Origin: Paragordius varius
Taxonomy: Eukaryota > Animalia > Nematomorpha
DNA: 64,000 bases
Assembly: GCA_964247055.1 (NCBI GenBank)
Contig: OZ176053.1
Location: 10,478,001 to 10,542,000, forward strand
Reading direction: 5' to 3'
The translations under genes were made by a program, and so were the position numbers. The notes below the pieces were generated by a model, which worked only from the letters and a program-made list of their open reading frames with translations, searched no databases and was not told where the DNA came from. Positions 12,757 to 26,900 of this stretch are shown here, piece after piece. The stretch's first letter is position 1. Each line of letters begins with the position of its first letter.

Positions 12757-15700
12757 ATGGTTGTTGCTGATATGTTGATATTAAATCATCCACCCAACGG
12801 TGTGGTTTATCGAGGAACCGTTGGTCACGAACAACCCAAAAATGGCTTAAATTATTTACCTTACAGCCATGGCGCTACCCGAAGTCCTACTAGTCTAATA
12901 CGTTTGAAGGGAATCAAGTCTTTTACCAAACGATATAATGGTGATCCGACCAATAACAGAGCCAATGAGAAATATAATGATACATCAGGCATTAAAGACA
13001 AATCCTCTTTATATTTAAACGGAGATTTACCCAAAAATAGAGTAGCTTCCTCTAATCAATCCTATCATAATAAGTATGGATATGACAATGGAACCATTCA
13101 TTTTAAGGTTAATGATAGTGTCTATAAAAAGGATAATAACGATATATCATATTCCAACGTTTGGGTCTCCAACATTGATGTCAATGTTACCAAACAAAAC
13201 GGTACCAATAGTCGTAATTTTGGCATTCAGACATCTTGTTGCATTGAGCAAAGGCGAAGTGCAAAACTTACGCGTGCAAACACATGTCTAACTCCAAGCA
13301 CACCTAGAAATGGTAGTAGGAAAATGGGTCATAAAAGTCATACACCCATGCCCATTCCTGATGACTATAAACAGGCGCTCAAAAAATTGTATAAAACAAG
13401 TTCTGATAGCGAAAATGATCCAACCCCCATTCTAGTTATTGATGCAACTACTTGCAAGGGCTTCAAGAAAAAGGGTGAAATACCTATTCCGTCTACACCA
13501 GACCTGGAAATTATGGACATTGCTGCCAACAATAAACATTGTAAGATAAAAGTTAAGCGCACTAAGAAAAAACGTTCATCAAATAATGGCAATAATACAA
13601 ACAACAACCATGTTTGCGATTCATTAAAAGATACAGTAAATATTAATGGGAGAGATAATGGACTAGCTAAAAATATTCGCCATTCTAGCGATGAAGAGGC
13701 GTGTATGCCTAATCCTGAAACCATTAAGAGTCCGATTGAAACTTCATTTGCAAGTTCAACCATAACATCTGTGCAGCAAATTAATTTCGACCGAGAAAAA
13801 ACGGATAAATTTCCTTTGCCTTTATCATGTAATAATAATAATTATAATGATACAACAACACAAAACTCGGCAAGAAGATATCCGATAGAAAATTTAAAAA
13901 TAATTAATATGGGCTTAACTATGCTAAAAGATGAACATGAAGTTACACAGAAATCTGCACATATTCGATCCCCGGATAAACATACAAAACACAATGATAT
14001 ATGGGATAATTTTATGCATGATACCAACAATCTTGAAGGATACGGTTTTTATTCAAGTATAAGCAAAATCAATAATAAAACCAATAGCCATATACCTTCT
14101 GGCATAGTTTACGCCAATCCTAAAAAATTCTACCAAGCAGAAGATAGGCCAATGTTTGATCGAAATAATCAAATGACTCAAAGTTTGATTACGGTCAAAA
14201 GTAAGCGAAGACCTGGACTTGACAACTTTTTATTTACAAATAACTATACCTATAAAAATCCCAATAACACTTATCAATGCCCAACAAATCAATACCATAC
14301 AGCTGAATACAACAAATTAAACATATCACCGATGAAAAACGACTACGATTCTAAGTATTATGATAATACAAGGTCGCATGTATCAAAAGACAATACATAT
14401 GCTAAAAATATTTACGACTCAAAGGGAAAAACCATGAACAAAAAATCTTACATCTTCCCTGCTTTGCTATCAGACATACACCATGTTGGAAACGATCAAA
14501 AATCACTAACCCTACCCAGCAGTAATAATAATGTAAAATCTTTTACTAGCGCTTTTACGATGGACAAGAAAAGCCCTGAAAATAAAATTCAACTAAAGCC
14601 TTCAAATAATCACGAGTATTATAATACAAGTTTGGGCTCAAAAATGTTTCGAGGAGTGGATGAATTCTATCTTTCCCATGATTCCCCAAAGTATGAGATT
14701 AAATCACTTTTATTCGAGCGTTAATCACTTTTTAAAATTTACACAAATTCACCCTTGAACAATTCAAATTCACCCTAAAATAAATCATGTGTTTTTTAAG
14801 AATAAAATTACCTATATTTTTTTATATTTTTATAAATTGAAATTTTGTTTAAAAGAAACATAATACTGAAAAAATAATAAACTATGCCATAAGAATATAT
14901 TTTTTATTAATATGATGAGTTATATTAGCCGAAAACATTTAATTTATTTTTAAGGTTAATTGAATTGTAAATGGTATATCATAGTAGAAGTTTTTATAAA
15001 AATTAATTTTTTTTATATATAACATAAATCAATTTTTTAAGGTGTACCTGTTATTAAAAATAAGTAAGGCATTAAAATGTTATTTTATAGCACATATACA
15101 GTTTTTATTTTTTTTACCGGGTTTTTCTAAATGTGTGATTTGGCGCGAAATCTTGTACTTTATAAAAACACAAATTTTGAAATTTAAAGATATTTATATT
15201 AATTTAATTGAATATGATCGAAGCTTTTGTCAAAATTAAATATGTTAATTGGCTAAGCTAACTGCTCTACCTCATACGATTATTTCTTAGAATTATCATG
15301 TGATGATTTTGGGACCTTTAACAATAATTTAAATTTAACCCAGTTTATAATCACTGTACCTTAGGTGTCTTTTGAACCTTTTTTGATCTGAAAATATTCC
15401 CATAAGAAGTGCAACTAGGATCCCAAATTATCACTGTGTTTAAATAAAGGGATTTAATTTTACTTTTTTGCACACGCAAATAATAAACGACATTTGTAGG
15501 TTTTTATCAAATTCAAATACTTTATGCCAACGGATACAAACTACTTCGTGTGACATTACAAAAACTACTGCTGGATTTCCAACATTTTCTTATGCTTCAT
15601 ATCTCAAAAGCCAAAAACCTAAGCAAAAACTTAAAGCTACCATGATATTTGAAACACCAGCAGAATATACCAGATGTTCTTCATTAACACCCTTTAATCG

Positions 15701-18665
15701 ATCAATATCGAGATTAGATAATAATTTCTTTAAATATTCTGCCAATTGTTACCATGGTGATGTTTGCCAAAAATCGGAAAGACAAAGTTTGGATAAAATA
15801 TTTGATGAATTGGATTCCGTGATACGTGGGTCTTGGGACCCAAATACCCCATTACAGGATCTATGTAATTATTATTTTTCTTATTTTAGATTACCTTTTT
15901 TATAAATTAGATCTTTTGGCATTTGTAGAAAAGGACAATGGAATTTTACAATGAAAAAATTCGTAAAATAACTTAATAGTTTCCATAAAAAATAATGTAT
16001 AAAAACTTAGGCAAATTAAAATTCATCAACGGCTTTCGAGAAATTTTTGATAATAATAATAATATGAAGAAGTTTAATTGCATCACATTTCTTTTTGCAA
16101 AAATTTATGTGATATTGTAACTGTTAGCATCCAACCAATCAAGTCATAAACCCAATGATGATGGCACAACAACAGAAATTTTCCCTGCTTTAAGGAAAAC
16201 AGAAGTTTGTTTGAACTTAAACACTTCAAACAGTATAGTTAATGCAATCGCAACATATTGCGCTACAAAAATCATATCAACAAATTCAGAAAGGGGCACG
16301 GAAGTTCCAGCTCCTATTTATACCAACTCTAACATCACATACATCAAAGGAATAAGTGTCAAAATTAAAACCCCACCTTCACAAAATAAGATGACAATCG
16401 AAAGAAAAAATGGCGTTTTTCAGGATGTGAAAATTTCTAGGGAACTTAACACAATTTTAGGTATATTATTACATTTAATTATTTATATAATACTTAAATA
16501 CAAATCATTCATGTTCCTTCCAAAAACGGGTGACTAACTGACACCTGCTAAAATGAAAATTTGTTAACCAAATATTATATGTGAAATATTAAAAATATAA
16601 ATATTAACATTTTAAAATAAAAAATATCCAAAACAATTATTTTTTTGGTTCAATCATGCCTGAGCTAATAGTAAAATTATGGATTTTGTCATATAGTAAA
16701 TATATAAATTAAAGCTGTAGCATAATTGACAATTAACTAAAAATTAAATAATTATTGGCGCGTATTTCATGCGATACTATAATATATTATATTTCATTTA
16801 AAAGCTTAATTTAAAATTGCCCTGAGGTAGTCTACTACCCGAATTAATATCGAACGCGAGCAATATAAAAATATACGTTAGTATAATATTTGTGTGACAT
16901 CTTAAAAAGATTCTAAACTACTTCGTAAAAATCTGTTTGACGTTTATATTAAGTTATCTTGCTTTAAAAACATAACCATTCCAGGTTAAAAACAACCGTT
17001 TCTGACATTTTTCCACCAATTCTGATAATCCATTTTAATCAAAATTATGCCATACTAATTCCGTTTCATAACTCGTATATAATTAAAATGGGCTTCAAGG
17101 GTGGTTTGTGAGTTTTTACATAGTGGTTATAATTAAAACAACGAAAAAAAATTAATATTTTTTGCATAATTTTACAATTTTATCAGTCTTTTAATGTAAA
17201 CTCTTGAGCTTTAAATTATTCATCATTATAATAGGTTTTATATTTAAATATCATTTAATATAGAACTTTAACCGTAGCTACTGTATTAAGTTGAAATAAA
17301 TAAAGATTCTTTTTAAATTAAATAATGTTAAAGTTGGCTACATTCTTAAAAAGGGTTGTAATGAAAAAATCCTAGAAACCGCTTCTATGCCAGAATAAGG
17401 TTCTGTGCTAAATATCAATTTTCTCCAGTTTCCAAAAACATATTTTGCGACCGTAACATAGAAGCGTCAGTTTTTAAATTTGGTATCAGGATTCTTGTTT
17501 GAATGTCATAATTAGGGTTGTGCATTTGACTGCTTTTTCAAAAAAATCCGGTCAGACCATGGTCATGGTCATGACCACGGTCATGACCACTTTACTTAAG
17601 TAAATGCCATGCGATATTGGATTATGAAATTACTTCTTTCAAATACCTAGCTTTTAATACTGGATATTTCACATAAAATTTTTCCTGTTTCTTTTACACT
17701 TTCTTTGATCATTGAAATATCCAATTTTAAAATGTTTTTTCATTTTATTAGTTCACATATATGGAATAATTGAATATTTTATAAAAAGTTGGATTGTTTT
17801 CTTTTTTGGAATAACTGGATATGCTTAAATGCTAATGTTTTAAGGATGCATGTTTAACATTTTAAATTTTTAAATAAGCAAATTTAAATATTTATATATT
17901 TTTTTTAAAATATATTAAAAAATAACTTACTATTTTTCTTCCAAAAAAAATTACCAGCAATTTTTCAAAAATCAGCTGAAATGACTATGGTCAAAAATTA
18001 AATAGTCACTGACCAGGTCATGACCCGGTCAAGTCATGACTTGGTCAGCACAACCCTAGTCATAATCAACCAAAATTGATTTCCAAAAATTATACACTGG
18101 TTATGTAAGAAAATTAATCAATTATATACATTTTTTAATATTAAGTAATTCTTTTTAACGAGCTAAATCGATTAATAGACCCAAAATCTTTATACATATA
18201 GAGATTTCAAACCCAACTAACATTAAAACATCTGCACAAATAAAAAATGAACCCCAAAGTGTTTTGTGCAACAATGATACTAAAATTGGCGGCACAAATG
18301 ATCAAAAGGATTTTGTTAAAAAAAATGATGATGACAGTATTAGCTGTAACAAAGGCGATCTTGGTTCCATAATCAACGATTTGTGCAAAAGACTTACAGA
18401 TGCCAGCAAAACATTTGGTCATATCAAAGCCCTCAACAATAAAACCCTTGTATCTACTAGACTAAGTTCGCCCTCAAAAAATGGACACAAGAATATGCTT
18501 GGCAAAAATTATCTTTTGAATAGCCATAATAATGAATACGCTAAAAAAAGTTTTTCATACGCGAAAAAATGCACTGAGAAGGAATTAAATTACGCAAGCC
18601 CGTGGTATAATCACTTGGGCACAGTGGTAAATGTTGCTGCTGAAACTAAGGCTTGTGTTATATAA
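12757..18665 (+). CDS. Uncharacterised ~1031-aa low-complexity (N/K/S/T-rich) protein, 4 predicted exons; true 5' end uncertain
   Basis: Exons 12757-14690, 15500-15864, 16128-16460, 18202-18665. GT-AG junctions with phases 2,1,1 join four ORF-track entries into one 3096-nt frame. A ~2-kb stop-free frame in very AT-rich DNA supports coding. No domain recognised. Confidence 0.65.
14737..14975. mobile_element. Fold-back/MITE family with ~17-bp subrepeat aattcacccttgaac (intron 1 of orphan gene)
   Basis: caaattcacccttgaacaattcaaattcaccc motif. Interior (ataaactatgccat..attagcc) is shared with 60560-60810; related copy at 19797-20035. Confidence 0.5.
17513..18058. mobile_element. hAT-type MITE (546 bp) with perfect 8-bp TSD
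   Basis: TIRs TAGGGTTGTGC / GCACAACCCTA; TSD GTCATAAT at 17505-17512 and 18059-18066; subterminal GGTCATGACC-like palindromes at both ends. Confidence 0.9.
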
Positions 18666-19796
18666 TAATGTTTCCACATTTTACGATATATATAATAGTT
18701 TAATATGTTTAATATAGTTTATCTTATTTTCAACTATACAATTAATTTAAATTGATAAACTACTAACATTTATATCCCAATCACAAAAAAGTGCAATCAT
18801 AAAATAATATTTATATTAGAAGAAACTTTTAATAATAATATTAATATGCCTTTAAATTCTATTTATTAATTTATTTGGACAATTTTCGCTTATTAATTTA
18901 TTTTCATATACTATTATATAATTTTAAATCCATAAAAAGCATTTTGCCACACCGACCAATATTGTTTCAATATGCATCCTTTAAATATTCACCATTAATA
19001 AATTTTTATGATTAAATTTTTTAAATTCCAGCCCTAAATTACTGATATTATAAAAATTACGGGTCAAAATTACGGTCTAATAAATATTTGGAAAGATCAA
19101 TCTAGGCAAAATATACCCGAATAATCAAAATTGTAAATTGCTAAAATTTAATAAATACCACTAAATGTCTTATCAATCATACAAAAAATGTTTTTTTAGA
19201 TATTTATTTATATTTTAGGATTTATACAAGCATTCTATACCCAAAAATAATCTGTGAATAGGTGAAATTCGTTATCGCTGCATAAACTGGCATTGCTCCA
19301 AATGATACAACTTGCGCTTTGAACGCACAGTGGAATTTAAAATCAAATAGGGATTTATTTTATTATTGTTATGTAGACAGGTCATGAATGCTTGTAAATA
19401 TAATATTTAAATTAAATTTTTACCCAGGTATTTTTATAACTAATTTAGAATACATTTGCGTAATTTGTGCGAGCTAGTTTTTCTTTTAGTTGTTAGATAT
19501 TTTTACATGTTAGCCTAAATAATAACTTTGACAAGCAAGCTCTTTAGTGGATTAAAATTATGTACTTTTAACTCCTTAACTTGAGTGGATTATATAGCGT
19601 TGGTGTTTCATAAAATCTTTATAGTGTCTTTAAAAAATTTAAATATATTTCTAATATGCCTGAATGTTTTAAATTATTCTAAAATCGTGTATTTTCATTA
19701 CATCATAAAAGTTATTAGCTATTTACATGTGGTGTACGAGCTGCTTTAGAATGAACATTTTAAATAAGCGGTACACAAAAAGCAACATAATATACC

Positions 19797-20035
19797 ATTT
19801 GCAACTCAAATTCCCTTAAACAATTCAAATTCATCCTTGAACAATTTCAAATTCACCCTCAAACATTTAAATTAAGCTTATGTTTCCGGGCTATTATCAT
19901 TACTAAGAAATATTTCTTTATAGCCCTTTTCAGTATTATATTAGTTTTAGAAATAATAAATATTGGCAATTTTCAAAAAAACATATAAATTATTTTAAAG
20001 TGAATTTGAATTGTTCGAAGAATTTGTGGTGTAAA
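19797..20035. mobile_element. Fold-back/MITE of the aattcacccttgaac family
   Basis: Left arm has three caaattcayccttraac-like units; right arm gtgaatttgaattgttcg is their reverse complement. Confidence 0.55.
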
Positions 20036-20626
20036 TAGTATATTTTATACGAGGCAACAATGAGGAAAAATGCTGAAGTAACTTAATTTGAATACCCAGT
20101 AATATTCAAAATCTATTTTACCTACCTTTATTATCCTAATAAATTTGAATTATTTTAAAATGCGCAAGTTAGTGATTAACTAAAGTTTATTTTTTTACCT
20201 TATTTCATATAGTCTAACTAAATTAAACCTATGTAATTCTATCTTACTTAACTTGTGGCTAAGATTATTTCATTTACAGTAATTTAAGAAAAATTAATTA
20301 GAGAGACTTTTGTACGAACCCAATTAAAATCAAAAAAATGCAACCTCCATATATGGAGTTATGTGATAAAAAAGTACATTGAAAAATTTATTAACAAACT
20401 ACACAAGTTAAAAGTTTAAGAATTTCATGTATGTCCAAATTATATCAATATTTGTCATAAATATTTCGTAAAAAATTATATCTAATGCTCGTATATTTTA
20501 AAAATTTTGAATTAGTAAAGCAGAATCAATCTCAGGTAAAACTCTAACCAAAAAAATCGCATATATAAGGCTGAAATAAAAACTAAAAATTCGATTTCAT
20601 TAAAAAATAACACCGTTTCGATATTA

Positions 20627-20918
20627 CAATAAAAAATGAAATTATAAGAACAAAACGTAAAAATATAAGGACAAAAATGTTTTTTCAAAAGACAACCATA
20701 CTTTTAAACCTTGATTTATCCTATTAAAATTATTTATTACAATCTTAAAATATTTAATTGATTGTGTTACCAATATCCATCTCTGTTTTATACTTTGTCT
20801 CTTAAAACAATGAGTATTATTTAAAACAATCAAGATTTTAAAAGTATGGTTGTCTTTTAGAAAAAAATATTTGTCTTTATATTTTTACGTTTTGTCCGTA
20901 TAATTTCAATTTTTACTG
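20627..20918. mobile_element. 292-bp fold-back MITE flanked by TA (Tc1/mariner-like ends)
   Basis: TA|caataaaaaatgaaattata...aaaagacaaccatactttt paired with aaaagtatggttgtctttt...tataatttcaatttttactg|TA; inverted arms of ~85 bp. Confidence 0.65.
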
Positions 20919-23900
20919 TATAAGGCAAAAAAGCGGCGACAACTTCGCTATTTTAATTTTGAAAAATAATTTGACATCTAAAAAACGCAGTCAAATACTT
21001 TTTCTGGATATCAATTTTTTTAAAACATCATCACATATGTTTGCCAGTTTAAATTATATCGTTTTTATAATGTGACCAGATATTTAACACCCTGACGCAG
21101 TACAAAATTAAAACATATACTTTGCCTATTTTTTACACCAGATTTTTGGTTTGTTATATTAAATGATATTGTTAATTACTATTTATAAACTCATTAGAAA
21201 CAATTAAAAATATCCAAAAAATAAATTTGTTAAAAACTTAATATAAATGTATGATAAATATATCATATGTTAAATATATGGATATATAACAATATTATAA
21301 TGGTATGTTTGGATTTTTCAAAACTTGATCAAATTACTAAAATATAAATGTATTTTGTGTTTCTTTTAAATTTGAGGTCGCTTTTGCGAAAGCCCGGTGT
21401 GAAAGGGCCATTAGCCTAAATCTGGAGTCTGATATTTATAGTTCCGCCACTGCGCAAATGGCTGCCTTTATAAGCGATTTGACCGGTTTACCCAATTCCA
21501 ATAATTAGAGGTGAAAATAATATATTAAAATTAAAAAAGCCATAGTTTTTTACCGCAAAAGGAACCATTTTTTATTTTAACAAAGGGTACTCTATCAAAT
21601 TCTACAAAAAAATTGTAAAAAGGTAATTAAGGCATATTTATTTAAAAAAAATATATTTCAAAAAGCAGTACAAAATCAAAGCGGTACAGGCCCGGTTTTT
21701 TTGAAAACCCAGTAGTGTACTGCAAAAAATAGCCTATCTGGTCACTTTATTCTATTGTCATAAAAATTAAATAAAAATTATGTCATAAAATTCTGTAGCA
21801 TATTTAGCATCTTGGAAATTGTAATCTTATAGATCGTGAATTGACATTAGTGTTTTGTTTTCGTTATTTAAGATTATACTCTATAGATATAATAAACCAA
21901 TAAAAAATTTAAACATTTTTTAATGGTCAAGCAGCAGTAAAGAATTATAAGGCGTTATAAAAACCTCAATTATACAACTTTTAACAAAGCTTTTTTTAAA
22001 TAAAACCTTCTGTTCTCTGGAGTACTGGCACGAAATTTTTCGGCAGAGCGCCGATATTATCTCAACTGATGTCAGATATTTTCACTGTATTCCGGTATTT
22101 TAGGTATCGACAGCGATACATATTCCAAGAAACGAATTCAGATTAAAAACTAGATGGAGCGGAAAAGCACGCCGAACGGGGGATAAATTTGCCCATAGGC
22201 TATAACTTTACCAACCGTATTAAGAGAAAAGGTCTTTAGGCATACCGAGTTATCTCTTTTTTGATGGAACTAAAGAAAATCGAAAATTTGAGTTTTCAGA
22301 AAGATTTGTTTGAGTATTAAAAGTTAGCTTAAATATAATTTATTAAAACAAAATTTGTATTTAGATATTAATCTTCATCTTGGGCGTTTAGTTCAATGAA
22401 TATTTGTAATATAATGTTATAGGTGATCCATTTTTTATAAATAGCAGTTTATACTTTATTTTTAAAAGCACATGTGTTTGCACAGAATATGGTATTAAAA
22501 TCTCTACAAATATTAAAAATTTTAGAAAAATTACTATTTTATAAATAATATAAAATAGATGGTTTTTGACAATATCGATGGGATCATTCTTTCTCAAAAA
22601 CATTGTATCTTTACTTGTATTCATAACATTGTGCACACACTCGGGGTTCAAAATATTTTAATGAAATTTATAAATTATATTCTGATAATTAAATGTATCA
22701 GTATTATTATTAGGGTGCTTTAATTTTGAACTACGATTTTAGGAAAATATAGACTTCTTGCAATGTGTTCACATATGCTAAATTTATTTGAAAGCGGAAA
22801 CATTATTTATTAAAATAATGTATAATGTTTTATAGATGACATAATAAAATATTTGTAAAGTTTATACTTTGCTCCAAAATTTAATTTTTAGAAAAATTTT
22901 GCGAAAGACTGGAAACGGTATAAAAAACTTTAAAATATTATAAAAACACTTTTTCTCTATAATGATGCCAACCTTCTGTCACTCAGATTATTGATAAATT
23001 ATTTAAGTTAAATATAAATTTTTCGCAAATTACTTACAATTGATGTAAAACACATTTTTTAACAATGAGGTCGAGATGATTGGAATGTTCAACTCATCAA
23101 TATGTATAAAAAGGTGTTTTTATACCGTTTCCAACATGCTTTTAAATACCTATGCCTCAATTACATTAAAAAAAGTAAAATATGATTTTTGTATAAAAAT
23201 ATATGTCATAATCTAACATTCATTGAAAAATTCTTTTCGCTAGCCTTTTTAGAGGGTTTAAACATTTGATACTCAAGATCACATCTAAAAATTAAATTAT
23301 TAGTAGGTTGCAGATTTCCATCTCTAATGCGCAACCCAAAACGAGTTTATAGTTAACAAAATAGGGTTAAAAATATGCTCTTGTTGTTTTAAAAAAATAT
23401 ATAATTTTTACGTTTCGTCTCTGTAATTTCAGGTCTTACTATATAATAAACTGAGTCCCGAAATTTAGCATATTTGAAATTATATATTAAAATTACCATT
23501 TTATGATTAATATTTTGATTGAGAGTATATTATTTTTAGACCTATAATCAGAACTATAACCCAATATTTTTATTAACTTTTTCCATAAAAATTGACCTTG
23601 CTACACGAATACGGATTTTTTATTTCAACATTATTATTATAAAAATAAATATCGACTGAAAAAATATAACATATACACAGTGTATTTTTCAAAGCTATTA
23701 TTGTAAAAATAGTATTTCCTAGAATTATGTATTATATCTGAAAAACAAAATATTGGTCAGATCAGGTAAACATAAAGCAATAATAACAGAGTATTGACGC
23801 AATTATTAGCCTCTATTTTTTTAATATATAAAAAGGTACATTATTAACCATCAATATATAAAGAAAGACGGTGTAATAAGTAATAAATTTTAAATTTTTT

Positions 23901-23919
23901 ACAATACCCAAAATATAAT

Positions 23920-26900
23920 ATGTTTTATGTATATTTAATAATCATCATTACTTCATCTTTTAACATACAATGCGATATCCCGAACTTAAAAATCCTAGAA
24001 CTCCACAATTTTCATAGGGCATATGTCAACCCTCCAGCTGGGGATATGACGAAATTGGTGAGCAATTAAATTTAATATTCGTTTCCTATAATTATCAGGT
24101 TATACATTTTTGTGTTTTAAAATATCTTAACAATAAGCAGTTTAGTATTTTCAAAATGATCTGGAATTTAGTCTTTAAATCAAATACCGTGATTGTTAAC
24201 ATATGCGCACATTATTGTTGGTCGATTGGTATTATAGTAGCTTATTTTATAAAGCAATTTTGTCCATAAATAAATAAAATAAAATGGTGTCAAAGAAATA
24301 GAAAAAGTTGTTTAATTTAAACCATTTGTTGTTTTTTATCCATACGCTACTGTATTGCCATGCCAATTTGTCAAAATATGGCCAACATATATATATATAT
24401 ACATACTATATTTCTTTCGGGTATGTAACTGTAAAAAATGGTTATCTTTATAAATTACCACAGGGTCGAGTAAGGTTCTTTTAGATTAAAAGGACCTATT
24501 TCTAATTTTGACTACCATCCAAACACCATTTTAATTTGCCTTTAATTACAGGTTTTGCCAATCTTATCTTTTTATTCCGGTAAGAAAATAGGTTAAGCGA
24601 TCCAAAATTTGTATGAATCAATGAAAATAATTTGAATTCACAACTTTGTACATGACACATAAAAAATTGTCAGCTCTACTTGTAATTTAATTTAAGTGTA
24701 TTTTATTAGAAGCAATAAAATAACCTTAAACATGACAAAAATGGTTATATGCTTCTGAAAAATATTTTACCATTGTTTTTGTAAAACTTTTGCGACCCAT
24801 AGAAATATAATATCTAGCAAATCGTAAAATTATTTTTCCAACCAATTAATGCGAACTAAAACTGACAAGGTGAGATGGATCATGATATGAACAAACTGGT
24901 TTTATTTTTTGCAAAATGATAAGGTTAAAAAAATGGACAAAACAAAACAATTATTTATAAATAATTATTTTGCCAGTTTATTTTCACGTTGTTAAATACC
25001 GATAGAAACAATTATTACAGTTAAGACGATTATCCACATAAACAAAATAATATAATTAAAAATTTAAATAAGCATCTAGATTTGAAATAAATGAAACATT
25101 ATAAAAATTTTCCTATTGAGAGTTGCACAAATTAAATAATTGATAATATAATATTTCATATTCACATCGGATTTTTATTTAAATTAAAAATATAAATTTT
25201 AAATTTTGGCTAAAATTATAACAAAATTTAAAACCATGACAAACCAATGATTCTATAAATTAAAAATAATTAATATGATGCTGACATATATATGATAAGA
25301 CAATTATAAAAAAAATTTAGAGAACAATAGTCGAAAAAAGAAATCAAAATTAACAAACTGGAATTAAAAAAATAAATTAAAGGCAAATCTAAATTCCTCA
25401 ATATTTATAAAAGAGGAGAGCTTTTGTAGCAAGTTAGTACAATAGTTCTGGGATTTCTTTCCATTCCTTATTATGTAGAAAATAATTAAAATAAATGGCT
25501 TTATAGAGATGGTACAAAAAGGGGGCATTGGTTGCTCAAACGCTTGCAGATAAATGCGCTTTCCAACATGGCAGCACTGTTACATCTGGTTAGATATTTA
25601 TTTTTTTGGGTGTTAAAAAAATTCTAGCAGATCAAATGGGTAAATAAATCATTATTTTTTACAAGAAGTATTAACGACGGAACTTTTAATCAATAACACT
25701 AGTCGACAAATTTGGACATTTTAAAGCACCACCACTCAAACCTTTGAAATTATGACTAATTTCAGTGTTTTAAAACCGAATTTGAAAAAATTTCTGATCC
25801 CGCCAATCAGAATTTTGAAATTTTATAGGTTTTTCAATTTTTCAAAAACAAGAGAAAATCGAGAGAAAATCAAATATAACTTTATAATAAAATGTTATTA
25901 TATTATAAATTTAATATCATTTAATAAAGCGTTTTAAACTCTATCTTTTGAATATAAATATGTCATTTAAATATCAGAGAGAAAAAAATAGTACGGACTT
26001 AAACGTCAAATTTTAGTCTTTTTTTTCAAGTGAATTTTAAACACATATAAAAATTTTTTAAAAAAACACTAAAAAAGGCATTCTATGGTTTAAACCTTCG
26101 GCTTTCAGATAGGCTATATTTTTTTGTTAGATTTCGTTCTTTCGAGTACTTATTAGACTTTTTCTCTTAAGTTGGTTCTTATAAAAAATCCTTTATTTAT
26201 ACCTAGTGGATATACCTTATTTTTTTGAAATTATTGGTTGTTTTGTATTTTGAATTTCAAATAGATGTTGTGTAGCCACTTTTAGTAGAATTTACCGTTA
26301 TGGGGTTGGACCATTTGTATTTACCTAATTTATATTTAATTTAATTGTAGAATTTATCTAACTTTATTCTGTAAATTGGTTAATTGGACATGTCAATTTG
26401 CCAGATTTTGCTTGCAAGTCTCTCTTATCGGACTTTACGATTACTTATTGTTATCTTTGCCATATCTGGCATAATTATAGGATCGCTTGGGGGATATGCA
26501 GAGCGTGTGCAGCCGCCCATATCTATCACACTATACATAAGCCTCTTTTAGATTTTTAATACTTTGGCTCTTAGCTTGTTTAGTATCTTATTTAATGCCT
26601 AGAATTTGTCATCCATGCATGGAATATTACTTGTATCGACTTGCTTGTTTGAATTTTTAAACATATGTACACGAGGAATGATTGTTATTTTTGAATTAAA
26701 TACAAATTTAAAAAGTAAATTTTGAAAAAATCCTATTGGTGGCCTCAATTTTCTTTTTTGTTTTGGCCTTTCCATGCCATTAGGTATCAGAAAATGCAAA
26801 AATAATGGGGTGGTGCAAAACCTTGTTGACTAGTGTAATCATAACTCTTAACAAAAAAAGGCATAAAAATTAAAATATTAGGAAATGAATTAAAAATGGA

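Noticed and set aside
18645-18665. CAAX prenylation motif (TKACVI-stop), tempting given PDE6D nearby
   Set aside because: The Cys is third from the end, not fourth, and there is no evidence of a functional link.
22907-23135. ~20-bp inverted repeat ggaaacggtataaaaa / tttttataccgtttcc
   Set aside because: Probably a decayed MITE, but no TSD or second copy was found, so it is not reported as a feature.
26430-26800. Possible decayed non-LTR RT C-terminus on the minus strand (..KITIIPRVHMF...RLMYSVIDMGG..)
   Set aside because: Multiple stops and only vague motif resemblance; it needs a translated HMM search to support.
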